Positions 14,345-23,047 of a stretch of DNA of 32,000 nt are shown in pieces. The notes below the pieces were generated by a model. The model did not search any database. It was not told the DNA's origin and saw only the letters and a list, made by a program, of their open reading frames with translations. The position numbers and the translations under genes were made by a program. Position 1 is the stretch's first letter; every line of letters starts with the position of its first letter. This DNA is from Chlamydiota bacterium (GTDB lineage: Bacteria; Auribacterota; JACPWU01), in NCBI GenBank assembly GCA_016196885.1, contig JACPWU010000026.1, positions 1-32,000 on the forward strand, given 5' to 3'.

Positions 14345-15238
14345 ATGACAAAAACAAAATCACGAGCAAAAACTTTCACCCTTCAAGAGATGATTCTCTG
14401 TCTGGAATCCTACTGGTCCAGTCAAGGCTGCGTCTTGGGCCAGGCCTATGATGTAGAAGTGGGGGCCGGGACTTCCAATCCGCTCACCTTTTTTAAGGTA
14501 TTGGGAAGTGATCCTTGGCGGGTGGCCTATGTACAGCCTTCTCGCCGTCCGGCCGATGGTCGCTATGGCGACAATCCCAATCGCGTGTATCAGCATCACC
14601 AATATCAAGTGATTTTGAAACCTGCTCCTTTTGATGTTCAGGATCTCTATTTGGCCAGTCTCGAGGCGATTGGAATTGATCCTTACCAGCATGACATTCG
14701 ATTTGTGGAGGACGATTGGGAATCTCCCTCTTTGGGCGCGAATGGCTTGGGTTGGGAGGTTTGGTGCGACGGGATGGAAATCACTCAATTTACTTATTTT
14801 CAGCAAATGGGTGGGATTGAACTTCATCCCATTTCTGTGGAACTCACCTATGGCTTAGAGCGTATTGCCATGTATCTTCAAAATGTAGAAAATGTTTTTG
14901 ATTTAAAATGGAATGAAAAATTTTCTTATGGGGAGCTGCGTAAACAATGGGAATATGAATTTTCGCGCTTTAATTTTGAAGAGGCAAGCGCGCAAAGTTA
15001 TTTTCATCTTTTTGACGAGAGGGAGAAAGAAGCCAAAAAACTTTTGGAATTGGGATTGGTTTTCCCGGCTTATGACTCCGTGCTCAAGTGCTCTCATATT
15101 TTTAACATCCTAGATTCAAGGCGGGCCATCAGTGTGACAGAGAGAACGGGCTTTATCACAAGAATTCGTGGGATTGCTAAGGGGTGTGCGCAGAAATACT
15201 TGGAAAATCAAAATGCAAATATCAAAATGCAAAATTAA
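14345..15238 (+). CDS. glyQ: Glycine--tRNA ligase alpha subunit
   Basis: Highly conserved GlyQ sequence throughout (YWSSQGC...[15 protein letters not shown]...[19 protein letters not shown]...). Confidence 0.97.
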   Translation: MTKTKSRAKTFTLQEMILCLESYWSSQGCVLGQAYDVEVGAGTSNPLTFFKVLGSDPWRVAYVQPSRRPADGRYGDNPNRVYQHHQYQVILKPAPFDVQDLYLASLEAIGIDPYQHDIRFVEDDWESPSLGANGLGWEVWCDGMEITQFTYFQQMGGIELHPISVELTYGLERIAMYLQNVENVFDLKWNEKFSYGELRKQWEYEFSRFNFEEASAQSYFHLFDEREKEAKKLLELGLVFPAYDSVLKCSHIFNILDSRRAISVTERTGFITRIRGIAKGCAQKYLENQNANIKMQN

Positions 15239-15274
15239 GGAATTTTTTATTAATAAAACTACATTAATTTTGCT

Positions 15275-15396
15275 ATGAAAGTTCTTTTTGTAGTCGCCCG
15301 ATTCATCGGGCAGCCCCATAAATGGGGCGACTACAAAAAGAACTTTCATCGCACACGATGATCTCGAAAGATCATTGAAATTGATATTTGATTTTT
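15275..15396 (+). repeat. Dispersed composite repeat, long copy B: T-shaped palindrome plus conserved 52-nt tail, between glyQ and glyS
   Basis: 15275-15299 and 15325-15349 are perfectly complementary (25 bp). Alternatively, a 21-bp stem carries two mini-hairpins: GCCCG-ATTCAT-CGGGC (15296-15311) and GCCCC-ATAAAT-GGGGC (15313-15328). The tail 15345-15396 matches 9723-9774 at 47/52. Confidence 0.9.
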
Positions 15397-15427
15397 GAAT
15401 TTAAACCATACGATTAAGCAGTTGTTT

Positions 15428-17566
15428 ATGACTAGAAAAATAACCAAAGAAATGAAAAGAGAAAATCTGCTTGTAGAAATCGGAACGGAAGAAATTCCAG
15501 CCCGTTTTTTAAAAGAGGCTTCGCTTCTTTTTAGAAATCTTCTGGAAGCTTTTCTCAAAGAAAATCACATTTCATATGACGAAAAAAATGTGAAGAATCT
15601 TTTCACGCCTCGACGTCTGACTCTTTTTATTCCGGAAATGATTTTGATGCAAAGTGAAAAAGTCGAAAAAGTAAAAGGGCCGCCTGTTTCAATTGCCTTA
15701 GATGCCCAGGGTGTTTGGACACAGGCCGCGCAGGCGTTTGCCTCCAAGAATGGGGTATCTCTGGATCAATTGATTCGTGAAAAAACAGAAAAAGGGGAAT
15801 ACCTTTTTGCCGAAAAGAAAATCAGGGGGCGTCTGACGGCAGTCCTTCTCAAAGAAAATTTGGGAACCCTTGTTCAAAAAATTCGATTTCCCAAATCCAT
15901 GCGCTGGGAGAATCGCGACATTTATTTTGCAAGACCCATTCGGTGGCTGATCGCCTTGTTGGGTTCAAAAGTCATTCCCTTTCAAGTGGGGGACCTCACG
16001 GCGGGTCGCGTGAGTTGGGGCTATCGCTGGGCTCAAAATCCGAAGGTGACGATTCCTCGGGCTAATCTTTCTCTTTATCAAAAGCTTCTCAAGTCAAAAG
16101 GCGTTTATGTGGATATTGCAGAAAGGTTAAATTTGATTCACCAGAATGCAAAAAAGGTTTTGGGAACTTCTTTAAAAATTTCTCCAGATGACGAGGATCT
16201 CTTGATGGAAGTCGCCAATTTGGTGGAATTTCCGAACGCGGCCGTTGGCCTTTTTGAAAAAAGATTTCTCTCGCTTCCTCCCCAAGTTCTTTCGATGGCA
16301 GTGAAGTATCACCAAAAGTATATACCGATTTATTCGAATGGAGAATTGACGGACCGCTTCTTGACGGTTTTTAACGGGCCCCGTTCCATTGTTCGCACGG
16401 TCCTTCTGGGGAATGAACGTGTGTTGAGGGCGAGGCTCACCGATGCTGCCTTTTTCTGGGAGCAAGATCAGAAGAAGAAATTGTCGGAAAGGGTAGAGGA
16501 TCTTAAACATGTTGTCTTTCAAGAGAAATTGGGGACTTATTTTGATAAGAAAGAAAGATTACTTCATTTTGTTGATCTCTTGAAGGATCAGTTAAAAAAT
16601 GAAAATGAAAGTAACTCCCCCAACCCCTCTTCATTTGAAAAATTAAAAAGAGCTATCAATCTTTGCAAGGCTGATTTAGTGACCTCCATGGTGGGCGAGT
16701 TTCCTGCGCTCCAGGGGATTATCGGTTCGGAATATGCGCATCTATCCGGAGAAGATCGAGAAGTGGCCCAGGCCATTGGAGAGCATTACCTTCCCCTCAG
16801 TGGCTCGGAGGGAAATTTACCCAAGACCCTTCTTGGATCGTATCTTGCCTTTCTGGATAAATTAGACAGCGTCGTGGCTTCTTTTAAAATGGGGCTGATG
16901 CCTACAGGTTCTCAAGATCCCTACGGTCTTCGGCGTCTGGGTTCAGGGCTTTTGAGAATCCTTTATGAGAAGGGGATTTCTCTCACTCTCACCCTCTTTA
17001 TTGAACGGGGTTTAAAGCAGGCCCCTATCAAGGATATTTCACCTGAGCCCCTTCTTAAATTCTTCGCAGAGCGTCTTGAAAATTTATTTTTATCTTTGGG
17101 ATTTCACCACGATTTGGTTCGGGCCGTTGTGGCTCAGCAATCCCAAAATCCTTCTAAGGCTTATCAGATTTTGAAAGAGCTGAAAGGTGTTCAGGAAGAA
17201 CCCTTTTTTCAAGAGGCGATCACCCTTGTCGAGAGAACTTCCAATATTTTAAAGGGAGCCCCAGTTCAAGATGGCTCGGTAGATGAGACTTTGCTCAAAG
17301 AACCTCAGGAAATAGAGCTTTACAGGACCTATCAATCCAACTATGATAGCGTGTTTCATTTGGCCCAAACGGGGGCCTTTGCCAAGGCGACTTCAGAGTA
17401 TGCAAGGATTTTTGGTCCCTGTGTTCATGCCTTTTTTGACAAGGTATTGGTGAATGTGAAGGAAGAGCCCGTACGTCAGAATCGTTTTCGATTGTTGAAG
17501 AAAATTCACGGGCTTTATGCAAATCAGATAGCAGATATTTCGAAATTAGGGAAAATACTGTCGTGA
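15428..17566 (+). CDS. glyS: Glycine--tRNA ligase beta subunit
   Basis: GlyS N-terminus LLVEIGTEEIPARF. I prefer ATG 15428 (or 15452) to the TTG at 15395, which lies inside the repeat. Confidence 0.95.
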   Translation: MTRKITKEMKRENLLVEIGTEEIPARFLKEASLLFRNLLEAFLKENHISYDEKNVKNLFTPRRLTLFIPEMILMQSEKVEKVKGPPVSIALDAQGVWTQAAQAFASKNGVSLDQLIREKTEKGEYLFAEKKIRGRLTAVLLKENLGTLVQKIRFPKSMRWENRDIYFARPIRWLIALLGSKVIPFQVGDLTAGRVSWGYRWAQNPKVTIPRANLSLYQKLLKSKGVYVDIAERLNLIHQNAKKVLGTSLKISPDDEDLLMEVANLVEFPNAAVGLFEKRFLSLPPQVLSMAVKYHQKYIPIYSNGELTDRFLTVFNGPRSIVRTVLLGNERVLRARLTDAAFFWEQDQKKKLSERVEDLKHVVFQEKLGTYFDKKERLLHFVDLLKDQLKNENESNSPNPSSFEKLKRAINLCKADLVTSMVGEFPALQGIIGSEYAHLSGEDREVAQAIGEHYLPLSGSEGNLPKTLLGSYLAFLDKLDSVVASFKMGLMPTGSQDPYGLRRLGSGLLRILYEKGISLTLTLFIERGLKQAPIKDISPEPLLKFFAERLENLFLSLGFHHDLVRAVVAQQSQNPSKAYQILKELKGVQEEPFFQEAITLVERTSNILKGAPVQDGSVDETLLKEPQEIELYRTYQSNYDSVFHLAQTGAFAKATSEYARIFGPCVHAFFDKVLVNVKEEPVRQNRFRLLKKIHGLYANQIADISKLGKILS

Positions 17567-17644
17567 GTCGTCGGTCGTGAGTCGTGAGTTTTAAAGGTGT
17601 TATTTTTTACTCACGACTCACCCCTCACGACTCACGACAGTATT
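17554..17644. repeat. TCGTGAG-family heptad hairpin, copy 1 (4 units per arm)
   Basis: Left arm AATACTG TCGTGAG TCGTCGG TCGTGAG TCGTGAG T (17554-17589). Loop TTTAAAGGTGTTATTTTTT. Right arm 17609-17644. 32 of 36 positions are complementary. The glyS stop TGA 17564-17566 lies in the left arm. Confidence 0.9.
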
Positions 17645-17665
17645 TAAAAACGGAGGATTTTTTTC

Positions 17666-20332
17666 ATGCAGAAGACGGAATCGGTGGCAACAAAAACTTC
17701 AAATCAATCCGTGAAATTTGTCTATTTTTTTGGGGGCGGCAAAGCTGAAGGCGATGCCAAAATGAAAGATTTGCTCGGCGGCAAAGGAGCCAATCTGGCC
17801 GAGATGACCCATTTAGGAATTCCTGTTCCGCCGGGTTTCACGATTTCGACTCAAGCCTGCCAACTCTATTATGAAAGGTCTCTTCAGTTTCCGCAGGGGC
17901 TCAAGGGAGAAGTGGAATCTGCCTTGCATCATTTAGAAGGCCTCATGGGGAAGCGCCTGGGCGATCCTCAGGATCCGCTTCTGGTGTCGGTGCGTTCAGG
18001 GGCTGCCGTTTCCATGCCTGGAATGATGGACACGGTTCTTAACTTGGGACTCAATTCTCAATCGGTGAATGGGCTTGCCACCAAAACTGGGAATGAACGC
18101 TTCGCATGGGACTCTTATCGCCGCTTTATTCAAATGTTTGGAGATGTGGTGATGGAAGTAGAGCATCACCGTTTTGAAGAGGCCTTGACTCAGATCAAGG
18201 AGAAAAAGGGGGTTCATTTCGATCATGAATTGGACGCCGTTGATTTAAAAGAATTGGTCAGTCAATATAAAAGAATCGTCCGAGAAATCAGGGGCCAGGA
18301 TTTTCCAGAAAGCCCTATAGACCAGCTTTGGCTGGCCATCAGTGCTGTGTTTGGATCTTGGAACAATTCTCGTGCGATTAAATACCGTCAATTGAATGAA
18401 ATTCGAGGCCTTTTCGGAACGGCCGTCAATATTCAGTCCATGGTGTTTGGAAACATGGGAAATACCTCCGGTACCGGCGTTGCCTTTACACGCAATCCTT
18501 CCACAGGAGAGAATAAACTCTACGGCGAATTTTTGATGAATGCGCAGGGTGAAGATGTGGTAGCCGGCATTCGTACGCCCCTTCCTTTGGCGGAGTTGAA
18601 AAAAGTGATGTCTCAAGTTTACGATCAATTCATGGATATTTCTAAAAAGTTGGAGCAGCATTACAAGGACATGCAGGATATTGAATTCACCATTCAGGAA
18701 GGGAAGCTCTATCTTTTGCAGACCCGTTCTGGGAAAAGAACCGCTCATGCGGCGGTCCGAGTCGCGGTGGAGGCTTTTAAGGAGGGGCTCATTGACCGAA
18801 AAACTGCGATTCTTCGTGTCAATCCGACCCAGCTTGATCAGCTTTTACATCCCATGATTCATTCCAAGACAAAATATCAAGTGGCCGCGAAAGGTCTTCC
18901 CGCCTCGCCCGGCGCTGCCGTGGGGCAAATTGTTTTTTCAGCCTTGAAAGCTGAGGAATGGGATGAGCAAGGTAAAAAAGTGATTTTGGTTCGCTCCGAG
19001 ACTTCTCCCGAAGACATTGGCGGAATGGCTGTGGCTCAGGGGATTTTAACCGCTCGCGGTGGAATGACTTCTCATGCGGCCGTGGTCGCTCGAGGCATGG
19101 GGAAATGCTGTGTCGCTGGCTGTCAGGACTTGGCGGTGGATGAGAGTGGCGAGAGTTGCCGCATAGGCAAGAAGGTTTTAAAGGAAGGGGATGAAATTAC
19201 CCTCAATGGTTCCACGGGAGAGGTCATTTTGGGGGCTGTCCCTCTGGTGAGTCCCGAATTTAGCGGTGAATTCGGAGAACTCATGAAATGGGCCGATGAA
19301 ATCCGCCGCCTCAAGATTCGCACCAATGCAGATACGCCCAACGATTGCAAAGTGGCTCGCCGCTTCGGTGCAGAGGGAATCGGTTTGTGCCGTACTGAAC
19401 ATATGTTTTTTGAAGGGGATCGCATTGACCCTGTTCGAGAGATGATTTTGGCGGAAGATCGGGTCGGCCGGGAAAAGGCTTTGGCCAAACTTTTACCTAT
19501 TCAGAAGGGAGATTTCATCGGAATTTTTGAGGAAATGGAGGGACTCCCTGTCACCATCCGTCTTCTGGATCCCCCCTTGCATGAATTTATTCCTCACACG
19601 GATGAAGAAATTCGAAATCTTTCTAAAAAAATAAATGTCTCTGCGGAAAAACTAAAGGCCAAGAGTGAGTCCTTGAAAGAATTTAATCCCATGTTGGGTC
19701 ATCGAGGATGCAGACTCGGAATCAGTTTCCCAGAAATTTACAAGATGCAAACGCAGGCCATTTTCGAAGCGGCCTGTGAAGTCTCCAAAAAAGGGGTTCG
19801 AGTCATTCCGGAAGTGATGATTCCCTTGGTGGGAGACGTGAATGAATTAAAGGTGCTCAGAACGGATCTGGAAGAAGTGGCCAGGGACGTGATGGAAAAG
19901 GCCCATGCCAAAATAGAATATTCCTTTGGCACGATGATTGAAATTCCCCGGGCAGCTTTAACGGCCGATGCCATTGCCGAGGTCGCGCAGTTTTTCTCTT
20001 TTGGAACCAATGATCTGACCCAGATGACATTCGGTTTCAGCCGGGACGACGCCGGTGTTTTCTTGAAGGATTATTTGGAGAAGGGAATTTTACAGGATGA
20101 TCCCTTTCAGGTCCTGGATCGAAGCGGAGTCGGAGCCATGATGAAAATTGCCATTGAAAAGGGCCGATCTACCAATCCCAAGATTAAGCTCGGTATTTGC
20201 GGAGAACATGGTGGGAATCCTCCTTCGATTGAATTCTGCCATATGTTGGGCATGGATTATGTTAGTTGCTCCCCTTACCGGGTTCCCATTGCCAGGCTTG
20301 CAGCGGCTCATGCGCAGCTTAAAAATGGTTGA
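17666..20332 (+). CDS. ppdK: Pyruvate, phosphate dikinase
   Basis: Full-length PPDK signature ([10 protein letters not shown], the [13 protein letters not shown] catalytic His loop, GICGEHGG). GGAGGA lies 8 nt upstream of the ATG. Confidence 0.97.
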   Translation: MQKTESVATKTSNQSVKFVYFFGGGKAEGDAKMKDLLGGKGANLAEMTHLGIPVPPGFTISTQACQLYYERSLQFPQGLKGEVESALHHLEGLMGKRLGDPQDPLLVSVRSGAAVSMPGMMDTVLNLGLNSQSVNGLATKTGNERFAWDSYRRFIQMFGDVVMEVEHHRFEEALTQIKEKKGVHFDHELDAVDLKELVSQYKRIVREIRGQDFPESPIDQLWLAISAVFGSWNNSRAIKYRQLNEIRGLFGTAVNIQSMVFGNMGNTSGTGVAFTRNPSTGENKLYGEFLMNAQGEDVVAGIRTPLPLAELKKVMSQVYDQFMDISKKLEQHYKDMQDIEFTIQEGKLYLLQTRSGKRTAHAAVRVAVEAFKEGLIDRKTAILRVNPTQLDQLLHPMIHSKTKYQVAAKGLPASPGAAVGQIVFSALKAEEWDEQGKKVILVRSETSPEDIGGMAVAQGILTARGGMTSHAAVVARGMGKCCVAGCQDLAVDESGESCRIGKKVLKEGDEITLNGSTGEVILGAVPLVSPEFSGEFGELMKWADEIRRLKIRTNADTPNDCKVARRFGAEGIGLCRTEHMFFEGDRIDPVREMILAEDRVGREKALAKLLPIQKGDFIGIFEEMEGLPVTIRLLDPPLHEFIPHTDEEIRNLSKKINVSAEKLKAKSESLKEFNPMLGHRGCRLGISFPEIYKMQTQAIFEAACEVSKKGVRVIPEVMIPLVGDVNELKVLRTDLEEVARDVMEKAHAKIEYSFGTMIEIPRAALTADAIAEVAQFFSFGTNDLTQMTFGFSRDDAGVFLKDYLEKGILQDDPFQVLDRSGVGAMMKIAIEKGRSTNPKIKLGICGEHGGNPPSIEFCHMLGMDYVSCSPYRVPIARLAAAHAQLKNG

Positions 20333-20346
20333 TTCGTTCTTGGGAT

Positions 20347-20445
20347 CGTCGTTTGTCGTTCGCTATTGGTATTTCGTGAAATACAAATAAATAAGTGATA
20401 GAATAGCCTTCATACGAAATACGAATGACGAGATACGAGCGACGA
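20347..20445. repeat. Heptad-periodic hairpin (TCGTNNN-type x5 / NNNACGA x5) ending at the sigma-factor start codon
   Basis: Left arm TCGTCGT TTGTCGT TCGCTAT TGGTATT TCGTGAA (20347-20381). Right arm CATACGA AATACGA ATGACGA GATACGA GCGACGA (20411-20445). The arms are partly complementary. Confidence 0.8.
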
Positions 20446-20447
20446 AA

Positions 20448-21284
20448 ATGTCAGAATCGACAGCGGATCCCGTACAGATCTACTTGAAGCAAATCGGAGA
20501 GATCTCTCTTCTTTCTCGCGAAGAAGAGCAGAATCTGGCCCGGCTTTCTCAAAAAGGCAATGAAGAAGCCCGACGTGCGATGGTCAAGGCTAACTTACGT
20601 TTGGTTGTGACCATTGCTAAAAAGTACATGCATTTGGGCCTCTCCTTTTTAGACCTCATTGAAGAAGGCAATCTCGGACTTATGAAGGCGGTTGAAAAGT
20701 TTGATGTGGAAAAAGGTTGCAAGCTAAGTACCTATGCTTCCTGGTGGATCAAACAAGGGATTATGAGGGCGCTTGCCAATCAAGCCAAAATGATTCGCCT
20801 TCCTGTTTACATGGTTGAAAAGGTGACCTCGATTCACAAGGCTTCAGAGACCCTCTTTAAGAAATTAGGTCGCAAAGCCACCCCTGAAGAAATCGGAGGT
20901 TATATCGGGGTGGCTCCTGAAAAGGTTTTGGAGCTTCAAAGTATATCCAAAAATCCAGAATCTCTTCATGAAACTGTGGGAGAAGATGGGGTAAGCGAGC
21001 TCATTGATATGATCTCAGATGAGGGAACTGCCAGCCCTCAAAGGGCCCTTGCGGTTCAGATGGTACAGGACAATATCATGGAACTTTTACATGCGATGGA
21101 CGACCGAGAAGCTAAAATTGTGACCTGGCGATTTGGTCTTTTTGGAGATACTCCGAAGACATTAGAAGAGATTGGGCAAAAGATAGGAATCACTCGAGAA
21201 AGGGTCCGTCAGATTTGTGAGTTGGCGATTGGAAAAATGCGTGAGCTTTTGAACGCGAAACATCTGAAATACGAAGATTTTTAA
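20448..21284 (+). CDS. RNA polymerase sigma-70 family factor, RpoD/SigA-like (short, 278 aa)
   Basis: Regions 2 ([38 protein letters not shown]...YASWWIKQ) and 4.2 ([18 protein letters not shown]) are present. There is no long region 1.1. Confidence 0.9.
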   Translation: MSESTADPVQIYLKQIGEISLLSREEEQNLARLSQKGNEEARRAMVKANLRLVVTIAKKYMHLGLSFLDLIEEGNLGLMKAVEKFDVEKGCKLSTYASWWIKQGIMRALANQAKMIRLPVYMVEKVTSIHKASETLFKKLGRKATPEEIGGYIGVAPEKVLELQSISKNPESLHETVGEDGVSELIDMISDEGTASPQRALAVQMVQDNIMELLHAMDDREAKIVTWRFGLFGDTPKTLEEIGQKIGITRERVRQICELAIGKMRELLNAKHLKYEDF

Positions 21285-21830
21285 ATGAAAACGCTTGAAA
21301 TTCCTCAAGACCTCACCCAACCATTAAAAGACATCATTCGAGATGTACCAGATTTTCCCAAGAAGGGGATTTTGTTTAAAGACATTACACCTCTCTTGAA
21401 AGAGGGCCCTCTTTTTCGAGAAGTGATTCAGCATCTAGCCCAGAGGTATCGTGATGCAAAACCCGATGTGATTGTGAGTGTAGAATCCAGAGGTTTTTTT
21501 CTGGGGGCTCCCCTGGCTTTTGAATTGGGAGTCGGTATTGTCCCCGTTCGAAAAAAGGGAAAACTTCCTCGAAAAACAAAATCTGTCAGCTATGAGCTTG
21601 AATATGGGTTGGATCATCTTGAAATTCATGAAGGCGATTTAAAAAAAGCTCATCGTGTTTTAATTGTGGATGACGTTTTGGCCACCGGTGGAACCATTTC
21701 TGCTGTTGTGAAATTGGTAGAAGATTCGGGGGCCCAAGTGATGGGCATTGATTTTCTCATAGAACTTCTCTTTCTTAAGGGGCGAGAGAAGTTGAAGAAG
21801 TATGAAGTGTTTTCGATGGTGCAATACTAA
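21285..21830 (+). CDS. apt: Adenine phosphoribosyltransferase
   Basis: PRPP-binding motif VLIVDDVLATGGT; typical Apt length and N-terminus (DFPKKGILFKDITPLL). Confidence 0.95.
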   Translation: MKTLEIPQDLTQPLKDIIRDVPDFPKKGILFKDITPLLKEGPLFREVIQHLAQRYRDAKPDVIVSVESRGFFLGAPLAFELGVGIVPVRKKGKLPRKTKSVSYELEYGLDHLEIHEGDLKKAHRVLIVDDVLATGGTISAVVKLVEDSGAQVMGIDFLIELLFLKGREKLKKYEVFSMVQY

Positions 21831-21833
21831 TAA

Positions 21834-21925
21834 AGCAGGGATTAGGGTTAAGGGTGTAGGGTTTTAGGGAGTAAGGATTTTTATTAATGAAATGCTTATG
21901 CCCTACACCCTTAACCCTAATCCCT
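21834..21925. repeat. NNNAGGG-family heptad hairpin / G-quadruplex motif, copy 1
   Basis: Perfect 25-bp stem (21837-21861 with 21901-21925) and a 39-nt loop containing AGTAAGGATTTTTATT. There are five GGG tracts spaced 4-5 nt on the + strand. It sits between the apt stop and the 3' end of tRNA-Arg. Confidence 0.9.
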
Positions 21926-21942
21926 ATCCCCTGCCTTAAATC

Positions 21943-22017
21943 TGCCCCCGAGACGAGTCGAACGTCCGACCTAGGCTTTAGGAAAGCCTCGCTCTATCCA
22001 AGCTGAGCTACGGGGGC
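21943..22017 (-). tRNA. tRNA-Arg (anticodon CCU)
   Basis: The reverse complement GCCCCCGTAGCTCAGCTTGGATAGAGCGAGGCTTTCCTAAAGCCTAGGTCGGACGTTCGACTCGTCTCGGGGGCA folds as a cloverleaf. It has a 7-bp acceptor, GCTC/GAGC D stem, AGGCT/AGCCT anticodon stem, loop TTCCTAA and T loop TTCGACT. No CCA is encoded. Confidence 0.9.
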
Positions 22018-22062
22018 GTTATAAGTTTCACTAATCTAATACAAAGCGGAGCAGGTGAAAAG

Positions 22063-22710
22063 ATGAAAAATAAAATTTTGCAAAAGAAAAATGTTCTTCT
22101 CCCTCCCAAAAAATCCCTTTCCATTCAAGTTTGGAAATGGTTGGTTTCTTATCGTTCCTCTTTGCTGGGGTTGACTTCGATGGTCTTGCTTGTAGGATTG
22201 ATGGGGGGAGGATGGTTCTCTTATCAAAATTGGCGTCAGGACAAGGCCATGCGTTTATTATCTGACGCAAAGGACGATAACGTATTGGATCAAGTCATCG
22301 AAAAATATCCTAAGACTCCCGCAGCTCTCTATGCCCTTATTGGACAGGGTGCAAGTAAAGTAGAGCAAGGCAAGATGTCGGATGCCATACAAGCTTATGA
22401 AAAATTTTTGTTTCTCTATCCCCGTCATCTTTTTGTGCCTTGGGTGAAAAATGCCCTTGGAGAGTGCTACCTTCATGAGAAGCGTTTTGCCGAGGCAGAG
22501 GTTCTTTTCAAGGCGCTTTCTCAAGCCCCAGATTCTTCTTTTCTAGAAATCCAGGTCAAGATGAATTTGGCTCGGCTAGAGATTATGAAAGGTCGGGTGA
22601 ACCAGGGAGTAGAGGAGATTAAGAAGTTTCGCGAGAATCATTCCACTGCGATATGGAAGGACAATTTTGAAGCTTTTGTAAGATTTAATTCTAAGAATGT
22701 CCAGAAATGA
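22063..22710 (+). CDS. Membrane-anchored TPR protein (YfgM-like architecture)
   Basis: One N-terminal TM helix (LLGLTSMVLLVGLMGGGWF) followed by TPR-like repeats (ALYALIGQGASKVEQGKMSDAIQAYEKFLFLYP...). Confidence 0.7.
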   Translation: MKNKILQKKNVLLPPKKSLSIQVWKWLVSYRSSLLGLTSMVLLVGLMGGGWFSYQNWRQDKAMRLLSDAKDDNVLDQVIEKYPKTPAALYALIGQGASKVEQGKMSDAIQAYEKFLFLYPRHLFVPWVKNALGECYLHEKRFAEAEVLFKALSQAPDSSFLEIQVKMNLARLEIMKGRVNQGVEEIKKFRENHSTAIWKDNFEAFVRFNSKNVQK

Positions 22711-22750
22711 GCTATTTTCCTTGTTTCAAAGGGGTTACGGAAAATTTTTC

Positions 22751-22779
22751 TTGACCTATTACAGTCAGTTAGATAAACT
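22751..22779 (+). promoter_or_regulatory. Candidate sigma-70 promoter giving a ~260-nt leader for the OMP gene
   Basis: TTGACC (22751-22756), 17-nt spacer, TAAACT (22774-22779). Confidence 0.35.
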
Positions 22780-23047
22780 GGCCTTGCTTATCATTAAAGG
22801 GGGTTTTGGGTTTACGGCATTTCTTTTTGAGAGGCTGTTCAGAAAGAGACATTCCAAAAGGTGTCCGGACGTGTGTCAGGATGACTTTAGGCGGTCTGTT
22901 TTTCAGCAGCCCAAACATCGCAAACAACATCATAGGCAGCTTTAGTCAGGCAAGAAAGGGGGGATGGTCTTTATTTTTTCGCCTTGAACTGCCCAGGTGA
23001 TGATGATCATAAATCTAAGTGAGAAAACAAGATAAGGGAGGGTATAG

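Noticed and set aside
15116-15349. 77-aa minus-strand ORF starting in the glyQ-glyS palindrome
   Set aside because: Its ATGAAAGTTCTTTTTGTAGTCGCC start is simply one arm of the palindrome, and the same peptide is encoded on both strands. It then runs antisense into the glyQ 3' end.
22697-23000. ORFs 22697-22945 (82 aa) and 22806-23000 (64 aa) in the OMP leader
   Set aside because: They have no RBS, overlap each other in different frames, and give Arg/Phe-rich odd composition. I treated the region as non-coding leader.
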